Assembly (NCBI GenBank): GCA_020425515.1
Contig: JAGQRI010000023.1
Location: forward strand, 4,467-57,461
DNA: 52,995 bases
Source of the DNA: Planctomycetota bacterium
Lineage (GTDB): Bacteria; Planctomycetota; UBA8742; UBA2392
Direction: 5' to 3'
Below, piece by piece: positions 17,019 to 26,212 of this stretch. The notes under the pieces were generated by a model. The model did not search any database. It was not told the origin of the DNA and saw nothing but the letters and a program-made list of their open reading frames with translations. Numbering within the stretch: the stretch's first letter is position 1; each line of letters starts with the position of its first letter. Made by a program: the position numbers and the translations under genes.

Positions 17019-18233
17019 ATGGCCACACAAGAAGTGATTCTGCGTCCAGGTGACTCGATCTCTGTACGCCTGGAAGTACCGGGACAGCCCCTGCGGCTTG
17101 ACATGAGCCTTACCCCCGAAGGCATGGCGGTCTCCGGCCCCGTGCCGTTGGGTGCCCCGACGGTGTTCGGGGGCGTATCTCCTGTTGATGAAGCCCAGTC
17201 TCCGGTTGACCTCACGGCGGAGTTCGAGGCGGCGGATGCGCCGGTCGAGCCGCCGCCCGCGCAGAAAATCGAAAGCCTTGCGGCTGTCGAGCCTTTTGAC
17301 AGTCCGATGGAGGCCGTGGACATTCCCTTCGAAGACATCACGGACGACACGGTCGGGGCAGAGGAAGCCACGGTTACGGAAGACGCGACGGCGACCGATG
17401 ACATCGACTTTGACCTCGGTGATTTCGACGGTGAAGAGGACGTCTCGGTTGGCGTGGACATCCCCGGTGACGACGACCTTGGCGGCGGGATCGACATCCC
17501 CGAAGACGACGACCTTGAAGGCGGCGACATCAGCATCGACATTCCGGACGATGACGCCGTGGATATTCCCGGCGACGACGACGTAGGCTTCAGTGCCGAC
17601 GCCATGACGATGGTTCCGCCGACTGGCGGCCGACCTGAACCGGCGCTTTCCATTGAAGACGATGATGCAGGAATGTCGCTCGAAGACATGACCCTGGACG
17701 AGGAGCCGGAATTGGACGCAGAAGGCAATCCCAAAGAGAAATTCCAACCCAACGAAGACGACACGCTCCCGGTCTGGACAGGCAAGGCGCGCACCTACCG
17801 TGACCCGGAAATCGAGAAGAAGAAGAAGGAAACGGCGAAACTTAACAAGGCAGGTCAACCGGCGGCCAAAGGCAAGCCCCCGGCGGGCAAACCCCTTCCG
17901 GGCAAGGCCAAGCTGCCGGGCGCTGCCAAGAAGCCGGTTACCAAGCAGATGAAGAAGCCGACCGGTGGCGTTGCGCCCGCCGCCGCAAAACCGGCGGCAG
18001 GCGGAGGCGGCAACTTCACCGTGTTTCTGTCGCCCCCCAAGGGCGCCGACAAGAAGCAGGCCGCGGCCGAAATCATCGCCGAAATCCAGGGCATCGACAT
18101 GAACTCGGCGGTCGCCCTTGCCGGCAAAATGATCGTTCCGGTGGTGAAAGGCGTCAGCGAGTCGGAAGCCCAGGGCGTTCGCGACCGTTTCAAGGATGCA
18201 GGTCTGTCCTGCCGTATCACCCAGAAGCGCTGA
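17019..18233 (+). CDS. Charge-segregated protein: short N-terminal domain, long acidic repeat region, Lys/Pro/Ala-rich basic region, and a C-terminal ribosomal L7/L12-CTD-like domain
   Basis: 404 aa. The last 70 aa or so (FTVFLSPPKGADKKQAAAEIIAEIQGIDMNSAVALAGKMIVPVVKGVSESEAQGVRDRFKDAGLSCRI) align by eye with the L7/L12 C-terminal domain ([66 protein letters not shown]). Confidence 0.7.
   Translation: MATQEVILRPGDSISVRLEVPGQPLRLDMSLTPEGMAVSGPVPLGAPTVFGGVSPVDEAQSPVDLTAEFEAADAPVEPPPAQKIESLAAVEPFDSPMEAVDIPFEDITDDTVGAEEATVTEDATATDDIDFDLGDFDGEEDVSVGVDIPGDDDLGGGIDIPEDDDLEGGDISIDIPDDDAVDIPGDDDVGFSADAMTMVPPTGGRPEPALSIEDDDAGMSLEDMTLDEEPELDAEGNPKEKFQPNEDDTLPVWTGKARTYRDPEIEKKKKETAKLNKAGQPAAKGKPPAGKPLPGKAKLPGAAKKPVTKQMKKPTGGVAPAAAKPAAGGGGNFTVFLSPPKGADKKQAAAEIIAEIQGIDMNSAVALAGKMIVPVVKGVSESEAQGVRDRFKDAGLSCRITQKR
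17457..17587 (+). repeat. In-frame tandem repeats encoding four DIPxDDD units
   Basis: gacatccccggtgacgacgaccttggcggcggg and gacatccccgaagacgacgaccttgaaggcggc are followed by two shorter copies. They are translated as DIPGDDDLGGGI, DIPEDDDLEGGDISI, DIPDDDAV and DIPGDDDVG. Confidence 0.85.
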
Positions 18234-18258
18234 TTCGTTTCACACAGCAGGGATATCA

Positions 18259-18528
18259 ATGAAGATCAACAAGCATGATGATGGCTCGGCCACGCTCGAA
18301 AGTGACCACGGAAATTTCACCTTCTCGGATGACGAGTTCGACGATCTCGTCCACGCCATCCCCATCAGCACCACGCACCTGTATCGTCTGCTGATCGACA
18401 CGCTGATCGAAGGGGACGAGCGCAAACAGCAGATGCGCGCTATCATCGAGGCGACCGGCAACTCGGATGACCAGCTGACGCTGCTCCAGAATGAAGCCTT
18501 GAAGCACGTGCCGGGGGACGACGACTAG
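18259..18528 (+). CDS. Small acidic hypothetical protein (89 aa)
   Basis: ATG at 18259 with AGGGA 5 nt upstream; it starts 25 nt after the previous gene ends and ends 3 nt before the FHA gene starts. I recognise no motif. Confidence 0.55.
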   Translation: MKINKHDDGSATLESDHGNFTFSDDEFDDLVHAIPISTTHLYRLLIDTLIEGDERKQQMRAIIEATGNSDDQLTLLQNEALKHVPGDDD

Positions 18529-18531
18529 CCA

Positions 18532-19362
18532 ATGCCTGCGACGCTGCGCTGGAACCGACTGGTGATCGCCGCCGAGACCGAAGAAGAATTCATCTCGGCG
18601 GTGTTCGACTATTTCCCCCAGCTGCTACAGCTTCCGTACGAGCAAGTCGAGATGGACATCACCGGCACCGAGGAGATTTCCGAGGACGCCTTTCGCAGCA
18701 TCGCCATCAAACTGATCGGCGGCGAAGCGGCGGAAAAGAAGGTGCTGATCCGCATCCCGCCAAGCGTCGACCGCTACTTCCGCCACGCCAACCTTTACCG
18801 GATGGTCGACGTGGACGTCGTCCATCCCATGCCGGGCAACGGCAAGGTGGACGCCGCCAAGGTCAAGGCCAACATCAAGGGCGCCAAGTACGAGGCCGTG
18901 AAGGCGCCCAAGAAGGCGCCGCCGCCTCCGGAAATGACCGAGCGTGCACCCGCGAACCTCTCGCCCGAGGCGGTCGAGCTTCAGCCGGAACCGGCCAAGA
19001 AGCAGAAGCCGCAAAAGGCGTCACGTGCGCCCGATAAAGGCACGAAGGCCGACGTCGGCTACCTCGTTGACGTGGAGACCGGCTCGAGGCACGAGATTCG
19101 CAAGACCATCATGATCGGGCGCGAGCCGCCCAGCGACCTCGTGTTCCAGATCCCGACCATCAGCAAGCGCCACTTTCAGATCCGCAAGGAAGGGGATGGC
19201 TTCCTGATTGAGGATATGCGGTCCACGAACGGTACCTACCTGAACGGCCTGCCCGTCCACGAGCCGGTGCCCCTGCGCGACGGCGATGAAGTCGTCGTGG
19301 CGATTACGCTGAAACATCCGAAGGGCGCGCGCATCTTCCAGTTCACAACCAAGCCGGAATAG
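18532..19362 (+). CDS. FHA-domain protein with an uncharacterised N-terminal domain and a K/P/A-rich linker
   Basis: The C-terminal IMIGREPPSDLVFQIPTISKRHFQIRKEGDGFLIEDMRSTNGTYLNGLPV matches the FHA pattern (GR, SR-H, STNGT-N). The N-terminal 110 aa or so loosely resemble a STAS-like fold, which is speculative. Confidence 0.85.
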   Translation: MPATLRWNRLVIAAETEEEFISAVFDYFPQLLQLPYEQVEMDITGTEEISEDAFRSIAIKLIGGEAAEKKVLIRIPPSVDRYFRHANLYRMVDVDVVHPMPGNGKVDAAKVKANIKGAKYEAVKAPKKAPPPPEMTERAPANLSPEAVELQPEPAKKQKPQKASRAPDKGTKADVGYLVDVETGSRHEIRKTIMIGREPPSDLVFQIPTISKRHFQIRKEGDGFLIEDMRSTNGTYLNGLPVHEPVPLRDGDEVVVAITLKHPKGARIFQFTTKPE

Positions 19363-19425
19363 CTTGAATGAGGGCTGCTGAACCCGGGGGCGGTTTTTCC
19401 GTTCCTAGGTTTAAGGAGTGCGGTC

Positions 19426-21378
19426 TTGGCCAAGTTGAAAATCCAGTCCAATGAACAGGGACCCGCCCTCAGCGGCGGCGCGATGTTCGTCAAGCTGATG
19501 GGGCTCGTGGTCATGAGCGCCGCCCTGCTTGGCGTGATCTCCATGCTGTTGACCTACTCATGGGAAGACAAGCGCGAGTCGTGGGACTGGAAGCCGGAAG
19601 ACATCCGCACCAATTTCGATCCGCTGATGACCAGCGACCAGATCAAGAAGCTCTTTGCCGACAAACGCCGGGAATGGATGACCGGCAACCCCATCAATGA
19701 ACTTCCCAAGGGCGTCGAAGGCGAAGACGACCCGCGCAAGGCCAACAAGCCCGCCGACAACGGGACGCCGCTGCCGTTCGGCAACGATGGCGATACCGGC
19801 GAGCTGCCCCCGCCCGGCGAATTCAAACCCCGCCACGGGAAGGACCAGCGCGAGGAAACCAGGCTCGATGAAGCGCGCGAGCTGAAGCTGGCCGAGAAAC
19901 TCAGCGACAAACGGCAGTTCGAACTGCTTGAGGAAACCCAGAACCTGCTGGACTGGATTCCGTTCGAGGATTCCTCGCGCGAAAAAACCATGAACGAGTT
20001 CGCGGCCTTCAAGGGCCGCCAGGCGCCCACCAACGAACAACTCGCCCTGCAGATCATGAGCAAACTGCCGGCGCCCGGCGCGGCGGATTACGCAACCTTC
20101 ACTGGCCGAACCGAGAAAGATGGCTGGTACTGGGGCAAGAGCCAGGGTGCAATCGACAAGTACCGAGGCCACGTGTTCGAGGTCGAAGGGCGGCTGTTTG
20201 ATCTTTACGAGATAAAGCCTGACGAGCCGATCGTGCTTCAGGATGGCACGAAAGTCGACTCCTACTATGAGGGTGTCGTTGCCTTACTCGGGCCGGGAAT
20301 GGCACGCGGTGACCACGCCGTCGAGCAGCGGGTGGTTGAATTCCAGTCGCTGACCGTGCCGGACGGCCTCGCAGAGTACGTCAACACCAGCGGCCACGTC
20401 TCACACGACGACAAGCTTGTGACCGCCAAGGTCATGGTGAAGTTTCACGGCGCGTTTCTGCGGCGCTGGATATACAGCCGCGAAGTCGCCCCCTACAGCA
20501 CGGCGGCCAAGCAGGTTCTGTCGCAGGATCACTCGCCGTTGCTGTTGACGCCCGACCTCGCGCAGTCCGCGACCGAGCCCTACCAGCTCACCGACAAGCT
20601 GCTGCAACAGGTAAAGGATGCGCTTCGGGACGACCCGGTGTTCCTCGAAACCGAGGCCGCGTACTACACCATGCTGGCCAAGGCCAACGACCCGGATGAC
20701 TCGATCGAGGTCAACGACGAGATCGGCTACTTCGACCTCGCAGGCGAGGAGACCGGCCCCCGCTACCGCGGCCAGGGAATCCGCGTCGTCGGCATGGTGG
20801 GTGACAACTACGCGCCGGTAATTCTTCCACCGAACGTCAGCGGGCTGCGGCGCGTGTTCCGCACCCTGGTGCTGGACGACACGGCTAACCTGCAGTCGCC
20901 CAAGCGCTACATGGTCGACATGATCGAGCCCCCCACCGGGCTGGAACCTCGTGCGATCGTGGACTTCAGCGCGCGCTACTACCGCAATGTGTTCGAGACC
21001 GAAAGCGCGAGCTCAACGGTTCGCCCGCTGCTGATCGTGCGCCGGGTGGAAGGACTGAAACAAAAGGGTGCGGGGCACGAGTGGATCTACGCGCTGCTGG
21101 GCGTGATAGGCATCCTTCTCCTGATGGCAGTGCTGACCTGGTTCATCCTCAGTGAACGCCGCGAACGCGCCCGGTTTGAGGCCAACACGCTCGAGCTGTC
21201 CCGCAGCCGAGTCAAGAAGGGCGCGCTGAAACTCAAGCCGCTGCCGGGCGGCAAGGGCAGCCCGCCGGAGGCCAAGCCGGACCCGGAAGACGCAGGCAGC
21301 AAGGGCGCAGAAACGCCCGCCAGTTCCGATCCGGAAGGCAAATCCGAAGCAGACGACGGTAGCGCCGACAAGGAATAG
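19426..21378 (+). CDS. Large hypothetical membrane protein with two TM helices flanking a roughly 520-aa domain
   Basis: TTG start 7 nt after AAGGAG. TM1 is FVKLMGLVVMSAALLGVISMLLTY and TM2 is WIYALLGVIGILLLMAVLTWFIL. It has a charged C-terminal tail and no motif I recognise. Confidence 0.75.
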   Translation: MAKLKIQSNEQGPALSGGAMFVKLMGLVVMSAALLGVISMLLTYSWEDKRESWDWKPEDIRTNFDPLMTSDQIKKLFADKRREWMTGNPINELPKGVEGEDDPRKANKPADNGTPLPFGNDGDTGELPPPGEFKPRHGKDQREETRLDEARELKLAEKLSDKRQFELLEETQNLLDWIPFEDSSREKTMNEFAAFKGRQAPTNEQLALQIMSKLPAPGAADYATFTGRTEKDGWYWGKSQGAIDKYRGHVFEVEGRLFDLYEIKPDEPIVLQDGTKVDSYYEGVVALLGPGMARGDHAVEQRVVEFQSLTVPDGLAEYVNTSGHVSHDDKLVTAKVMVKFHGAFLRRWIYSREVAPYSTAAKQVLSQDHSPLLLTPDLAQSATEPYQLTDKLLQQVKDALRDDPVFLETEAAYYTMLAKANDPDDSIEVNDEIGYFDLAGEETGPRYRGQGIRVVGMVGDNYAPVILPPNVSGLRRVFRTLVLDDTANLQSPKRYMVDMIEPPTGLEPRAIVDFSARYYRNVFETESASSTVRPLLIVRRVEGLKQKGAGHEWIYALLGVIGILLLMAVLTWFILSERRERARFEANTLELSRSRVKKGALKLKPLPGGKGSPPEAKPDPEDAGSKGAETPASSDPEGKSEADDGSADKE

Positions 21379-21409
21379 CCAGCCTCGCGCGCCGTGTTAC
21401 ATTCACACC

Positions 21410-22495
21410 ATGGATGCCACCGTCGTTCCCGTATCGCTGGATCAGCGCAGCTATGACGTAGTAGTCGGCGAGCGCCTGCTTGAGCAGATGCGCGATTTCG
21501 CTGAATCGGAAAAGCCGACTTCGATTTTCCTGGTCACAGACAGCAACGTCGGCCCGCTGCATGCCGAGGCCGTACAGAACGCGATCGTTGCCAATCACGT
21601 TTTCACGGTGCCGGCCGGCGAGTCGAGCAAGAGCCTGGTCCAGCTTGGCAAGCTTTTCGATCAACTGTTCGCAACCCGCCACGTGGACCGGCATTCGCTG
21701 ATCGTTGCCTTGGGCGGCGGCATGGTGGGCGACCTTGCCGGTTTCGTCGCGGCGACGCTGTTGCGCGGCGTGCGCTGCATGCAGGTCCCGACCAGCCTGC
21801 TTGCGATGGTTGATTCCAGCGTGGGCGGCAAGACGGCCGTAAACCACGCCAGCGGCAAAAACCTGATCGGTGCATTCCACCAGCCGGCCGCCGTGTTCTG
21901 CGACATGCACTTCCTCCGGACGCTGCCTAAGCGCGAGTACGTGAGCGCGCTGGGCGAGGTCGTGAAGACCGCTGCGATTTCCGGTGAGGACCTGCTGGCA
22001 ATGCTGGAAGACTGCGCCGACGGGCTGATTGGTCGCGACCTGGTGACGCTCCATCGCGTCATTGAGGCCTGCATCCGTTTCAAGGCGGAGGTCGTAAGCG
22101 ATGACGAGATCGAAACGACAGGGCGGCGCGCAACGCTGAATTTTGGCCACACCTTGGCGCACGTGCTGGAAGCGCTATGGCCGGAGCGCTGGCTGCATGG
22201 CGAGGCTGTCTCGATCGGAATCATCGCCGCGTTGCGCCTGTCCGTTGCGCGCGCCAAGCTGGACGAATCGGTGGCGGCGCGCGTCACAGGACTGCTGCGG
22301 AAGTTCGGCCTGCCCACCGTCGTGCCCGACGAGTTGCAGGCGCGGCAGATGCTGGAGTGCATGTCCGCCGATAAGAAGCGCGCGGGCCAAGCCGTCCACT
22401 TTGTCGTGATCTCGGATGTCGGCCAGGCCGGCACTCTGCCGTGCAAGCTCGACGACGAACTCGCCGCGACGCTGCTGGGGCGCGGCGATGCATGA
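21410..22495 (+). CDS. aroB: 3-dehydroquinate synthase
   Basis: GGGMVGDLAGFVAATLLRGVRCMQVPTSLLAMVDSSVGGKTAVN and GKNLIGAFHQP are canonical AroB motifs. Confidence 0.95.
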   Translation: MDATVVPVSLDQRSYDVVVGERLLEQMRDFAESEKPTSIFLVTDSNVGPLHAEAVQNAIVANHVFTVPAGESSKSLVQLGKLFDQLFATRHVDRHSLIVALGGGMVGDLAGFVAATLLRGVRCMQVPTSLLAMVDSSVGGKTAVNHASGKNLIGAFHQPAAVFCDMHFLRTLPKREYVSALGEVVKTAAISGEDLLAMLEDCADGLIGRDLVTLHRVIEACIRFKAEVVSDDEIETTGRRATLNFGHTLAHVLEALWPERWLHGEAVSIGIIAALRLSVARAKLDESVAARVTGLLRKFGLPTVVPDELQARQMLECMSADKKRAGQAVHFVVISDVGQAGTLPCKLDDELAATLLGRGDA

Positions 22496-23594
22496 GCTCG
22501 AGGCAAAAGTGGCGCTGGTCGTCGCCCGCAAGTTCACGCCGCTCGGCATGACCAACCTGCTGAAGCGGTTCGGAAGCGCCAACGGCGTTGTGAGTGCCGC
22601 GAAGACCGAGATCAACAAGGTGCCGAAGGTGAATCGCCAAGGTGCCGACGCGCTGGCGGAAGTAATCCAGAAGGGCCAGCACCTGCGTGAAATCGAAGAG
22701 TGCGGGAAACACGGAATCACGCTGCTGCAACTCGAAGACAAGGGCTACCCGCAACTCCTGAAACGCATCGATGACCCTCCGCCATTGCTGTACGTCCGGG
22801 GCGAGATCAACGAGATGGATGACCTTGCCATTGCCATCGTTGGCGGGCGGCAGGCCAGCTACTACGGCACGGCGCAGGCGGCGCGTTTCGCCCGGGACTT
22901 TGCGGTGCGCCGCGTGACCGTTGTCAGCGGGCTGGCACGCGGCATCGACACGGCCTCGCACCGTGCGGCGCTGGAAGGCGGCGGGCGCACGATTGCCGTT
23001 GTCGGCAGCGGGCTGCTGGATATCTACCCGCCCGAGAACAAACAGTTCGCCGACGAGATCGCCGAGAATGGTGCCGTCATCAGCGAGTTCCCGCTGCATA
23101 CGCCCGGTGTCGCGCGGAACTTCCCGCAGCGTAACCGGATCATCTCCGGCCTCAGCCTCGGCGTGCTGGTTGTTGAAGCGACCCGCAAATCGGGCTCGTT
23201 GATTACCGCGCGTCTGGCGGCCGAGCAAGGGCGCGAGGTCTTCGCGCTGCCGGGCAAGGTCGACAGCGACCTCAGCCAAGGGCCGCACGATCTGATTCGC
23301 GAGGGCGCCCACCTCGTCGCCGAACCCGACCACGTCTACGACGGGCTCGAAATGCTGCGCCTGCTGCCGGAAGAAGCCGCACCCGAGAAAGAGGACCGGC
23401 AGCCGCAAGGCATGTCCCCCACCGAGTCGGCCCTGTGGGCAAAGCTGCAACCGAGCGACGGGCTGACCGTGGACGAGTTGATGCACAAGACCGGGCTTGC
23501 GGCGAACCAGATCGCCAGCGGCCTGCTTACCCTCGAAATGAAGCGCCTTGCCAAGCAGTTGCCGGGAAAGCGTTACGTGCGGCTGGATGCCTGA
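22488..23594 (+). CDS. dprA: DNA-processing protein DprA/Smf
   Basis: In-frame ATG at 22488 (MHELEAK), overlapping aroB by 8 nt. SGLARGIDTASHRAALEGGGRTIAVVGSGL, FPxRNRIISGLS and a C-terminal winged-helix-like region are present. Confidence 0.9.
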   Translation: MHELEAKVALVVARKFTPLGMTNLLKRFGSANGVVSAAKTEINKVPKVNRQGADALAEVIQKGQHLREIEECGKHGITLLQLEDKGYPQLLKRIDDPPPLLYVRGEINEMDDLAIAIVGGRQASYYGTAQAARFARDFAVRRVTVVSGLARGIDTASHRAALEGGGRTIAVVGSGLLDIYPPENKQFADEIAENGAVISEFPLHTPGVARNFPQRNRIISGLSLGVLVVEATRKSGSLITARLAAEQGREVFALPGKVDSDLSQGPHDLIREGAHLVAEPDHVYDGLEMLRLLPEEAAPEKEDRQPQGMSPTESALWAKLQPSDGLTVDELMHKTGLAANQIASGLLTLEMKRLAKQLPGKRYVRLDA

Positions 23595-23653
23595 CCATGG
23601 CCCTGCGGCACGCGGGTGCTATTCTCGCGCCGCGTTGATTTCGCGGAGCCTGC

Positions 23654-25492
23654 ATGGAACCGTTTCTCGAAGCCTTGAAGCATCGCGTCCTCGTCGGCGA
23701 CGGGGCGTACGGCACCCTGCTGGCCAGCCGAGGACTGGTGGCGGGCGGCGGCGTCGGGCCGGTGCTGAACCTGGCCAAGCCGAACTTTGTGCTGTCGGCG
23801 CACCAGGAGTACCTCGACGCGGGCTCCGATGTGATCGAGACCAACACCTTCGGCGCTGATCCACTGGCCCTCTCGGCGGCCGAAGCAAACGCTACCAGCT
23901 TCGATGTCTGCAAGGCCGGCGCCGAACTAGCCCGCCAGGCCGCCGGCGACAGGGCGTACGTGCTGGGTGCAATCGGCCCGCTGTTTCGCTCGAGCGCCAA
24001 GCTGACTGACGATGAGCGCCAGGATTGCATCGCCCAGCAAGTAAAAGGCCTGGTTGAGGGCGGCGTCGACGCAATCCTGCTGGAGACGTTCCCCGACCTG
24101 TCCGAGCTGTTGTTCGCAATCGGGGCTGTGCGCGGCGCGGCGCCCGACATCCCGCTGATCGCGCAGATGGCGTTTACGCTTGCCGGCACAACCACCACGG
24201 GTACGTCGCCGGAGCGCATGATCAAGGCTTTGGCAGACCAGCCGGTCGACGTGGTCGGCGCCAACTGCGGCGGCGGCGAGAGCGCGGCCATCGAGGTTTG
24301 CAGGCGCATGGTTGAACTGACCGAACGCCCGATCAGCATCTTCCCGAACCGCGGTCTCGCCGATTTCGACGATCACGGGCGCCCGATCTACATTGAAAGC
24401 AGCGACTACTTCGCACGCAGCGCGCGTCGTCTGGCGGACCTCGGCGCCAACCTGATCGGCGGCTGCTGCGGCACAACGCCCGAGGATATCCGCAAGCTCA
24501 AGGCGCAGATCAACGCCCGCAAGCCCAGCATGCGCCAGTTGCGTGTGCCCGCCGAGCCCGCGAAAACCGAGGAAGCCCACGAGCCGGTCAAGGTCCAGCC
24601 GACGCTCGAGGCCGACCTGCGCGAGCGCCGCGTGGTCGTCGCCGAGGTAGACCCACCCCGTGGTATCGATGCATCGCGCGAAATTGACGGCGCGCAGCAG
24701 ATTGTCGAGGCCGGGGCGGAAGCGCTGACGGTGGCCGACAACCCGCTGTCGATCATGCGCATGAGCAATCTTGCGTTCGCCGCCCTGCTGATGCAGCGCA
24801 TGGACGCGCGCATCGTGCTGCACATAGCCTGTCGCGATCGAAGCCTGATTGGCACTCAGTCGCACCTGCTGGGCGCCTATGCGATGGGGATCTCCAACAT
24901 CCTCGCGGTGACGGGGGATCCTGTCGCGACGCAGGCGTACAAGGGCAGCAGCGGCGTCTTCGACATGGCCAGCCACAAGCTGATCGAGATGATCTCGCGC
25001 TTCAACCAGGGCGAGTTCGCGACCGGCAAGGACGGCGGCGCCCGCACGAATTTCTTCGTCGGCGGGGCGTTCAACTGCGCGTCGCGCAAACTTGAAAACG
25101 AAGTCAAACGCTTCCAGCGTAAGGTGCAGGCCGGCGCGCGCTACATCATGACCCAACCGGTCTTTGACATCGAAAAGGCGCGCGAAGTTACCGCCGCCGT
25201 GCGCCCGCTCGGCGTGCCGTTGATCCTTGGCGTGATGCCTTTGGTCAGCGAGCGGAATGCCGAGTTCCTGCACCACGAGGTGCCCGGCATCGACGTGCCG
25301 GAAAGCATCCGCGAGCGCATGAAGGGCAAGCGTGGCGAAAAAGGCCGCGCGGAAGGCGTCGCGATCAGCAAGGAACTGATGGAAGAGATCGCGCCCGAGG
25401 TGCAGGGTTACTACCTGATCACGCCGATGAACCGCTACGAAATGATCGCCGAGCTTACGCGGCACGCACGCAGCTTCGCCAACGTTCCGTAA
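23654..25492 (+). CDS. Bifunctional homocysteine S-methyltransferase / 5,10-methylenetetrahydrofolate reductase (YitJ-like fusion)
   Basis: The N-half has the Hcy-binding domain pattern (ETNTFGA, GANCGGG, IGGCCGTTPEDI). The C-half is MTHFR-like (LTVADNP, ACRDR, ILAVTGDP, QPVFD). Confidence 0.9.
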   Translation: MEPFLEALKHRVLVGDGAYGTLLASRGLVAGGGVGPVLNLAKPNFVLSAHQEYLDAGSDVIETNTFGADPLALSAAEANATSFDVCKAGAELARQAAGDRAYVLGAIGPLFRSSAKLTDDERQDCIAQQVKGLVEGGVDAILLETFPDLSELLFAIGAVRGAAPDIPLIAQMAFTLAGTTTTGTSPERMIKALADQPVDVVGANCGGGESAAIEVCRRMVELTERPISIFPNRGLADFDDHGRPIYIESSDYFARSARRLADLGANLIGGCCGTTPEDIRKLKAQINARKPSMRQLRVPAEPAKTEEAHEPVKVQPTLEADLRERRVVVAEVDPPRGIDASREIDGAQQIVEAGAEALTVADNPLSIMRMSNLAFAALLMQRMDARIVLHIACRDRSLIGTQSHLLGAYAMGISNILAVTGDPVATQAYKGSSGVFDMASHKLIEMISRFNQGEFATGKDGGARTNFFVGGAFNCASRKLENEVKRFQRKVQAGARYIMTQPVFDIEKAREVTAAVRPLGVPLILGVMPLVSERNAEFLHHEVPGIDVPESIRERMKGKRGEKGRAEGVAISKELMEEIAPEVQGYYLITPMNRYEMIAELTRHARSFANVP

Positions 25493-25546
25493 ACGTCGGC
25501 GCCAAACCCCATTGAACATTGATCGTTGAGCATCGATCATTCCCCC

Positions 25547-26212
25547 ATGCCCTGGCTCTGGATAATCGCAACGCTGATCGGCGCCTACCTCGTGGGCAGC
25601 ATCCCGTTCGGGCTGATCGCGGGCAAGGCCATCAAGGGCGTCGATATCCGCGAACACGGCAGCCGGAACATCGGCGCGACCAACGCCGCCCGCGTGATTG
25701 GCTGGAAGTGGTTCCCTGTGGTGCTGATTCTCGACGCGTTGAAAGGCGCCGGGCCGTGCCTGGCCGGGTTGTGGCTTTCGCGATACACGACGGCCGACCT
25801 CGCGCTTTGGGCCGCCATTGGTGCATTGGCCGGGCACCTGTATTCGGTCTACCTGAAGTTCAAGGGCGGCAAGGGTGTGGCGACCGGTCTCGGCGTGGTG
25901 CTGGTGCTGACAACCGTACCGGACGTGCACGTGCCGCTGCCGGCCCTGTGCGCGCTCGGCGTGTTCGCGCTGATACTGCTGGCCACGCGCATGGTGAGTG
26001 TGTCGAGCATCCTTGCGGCGCTGAGCATCCCGGCCTTCTACTATGCATGGCTGGGCGCCAAGACGTTCGAGGCGCCATATCTGAACCGGTTCATCTTTCT
26101 TTCGCTGGTAAGCCTGTTCGTGATGGTCAAACACCGCGCGAACATCCGTAGAATCCTGACCGGTGAAGAACCGCGAATCGGACGCAAGAAGCCCGAGGCA
26201 CAGAATGGCTGA
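25547..26212 (+). CDS. plsY: Glycerol-3-phosphate acyltransferase (acyl-phosphate dependent)
   Basis: GAYLVGSIPFGLIAGK, HGSRNIGATNAARV, DALKG and KGGKGVATG are present. I prefer ATG at 25547 over the TTG at 25526. Confidence 0.9.
   Translation: MPWLWIIATLIGAYLVGSIPFGLIAGKAIKGVDIREHGSRNIGATNAARVIGWKWFPVVLILDALKGAGPCLAGLWLSRYTTADLALWAAIGALAGHLYSVYLKFKGGKGVATGLGVVLVLTTVPDVHVPLPALCALGVFALILLATRMVSVSSILAALSIPAFYYAWLGAKTFEAPYLNRFIFLSLVSLFVMVKHRANIRRILTGEEPRIGRKKPEAQNG

Noticed and set aside
17457-17587. Tandem DNA repeats that might be mistaken for a CRISPR-like or VNTR element.
   Set aside because: The repeats are in frame within a CDS and encode DIPxDDD peptide repeats. There are no spacer-repeat architecture and no cas genes.
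16869-17858. N-terminal 330 aa of the 570-aa track ORF that ends as the ABC ATPase.
   Set aside because: The ATPase domain starts cleanly at the internal Met (MLDAETSG, 16868). The upstream part is Arg/Val/Gly-rich, has no features, and is antisense to the acidic-repeat/L12-CTD-like gene, which has clear protein-like structure.
23595-23653. Possible SAM/S-box riboswitch upstream of the YitJ-like homocysteine methyltransferase/MTHFR gene.
   Set aside because: The spacer is only 59 nt and I could not fold a multi-helix junction from it. It is too short for known SAM riboswitch classes.
25493-25546. Short inverted repeat TGATCG-N8-CGATCA between the YitJ-like gene and plsY.
   Set aside because: It has only a 6-bp stem and no U-tract, so it is not distinguishable from chance.
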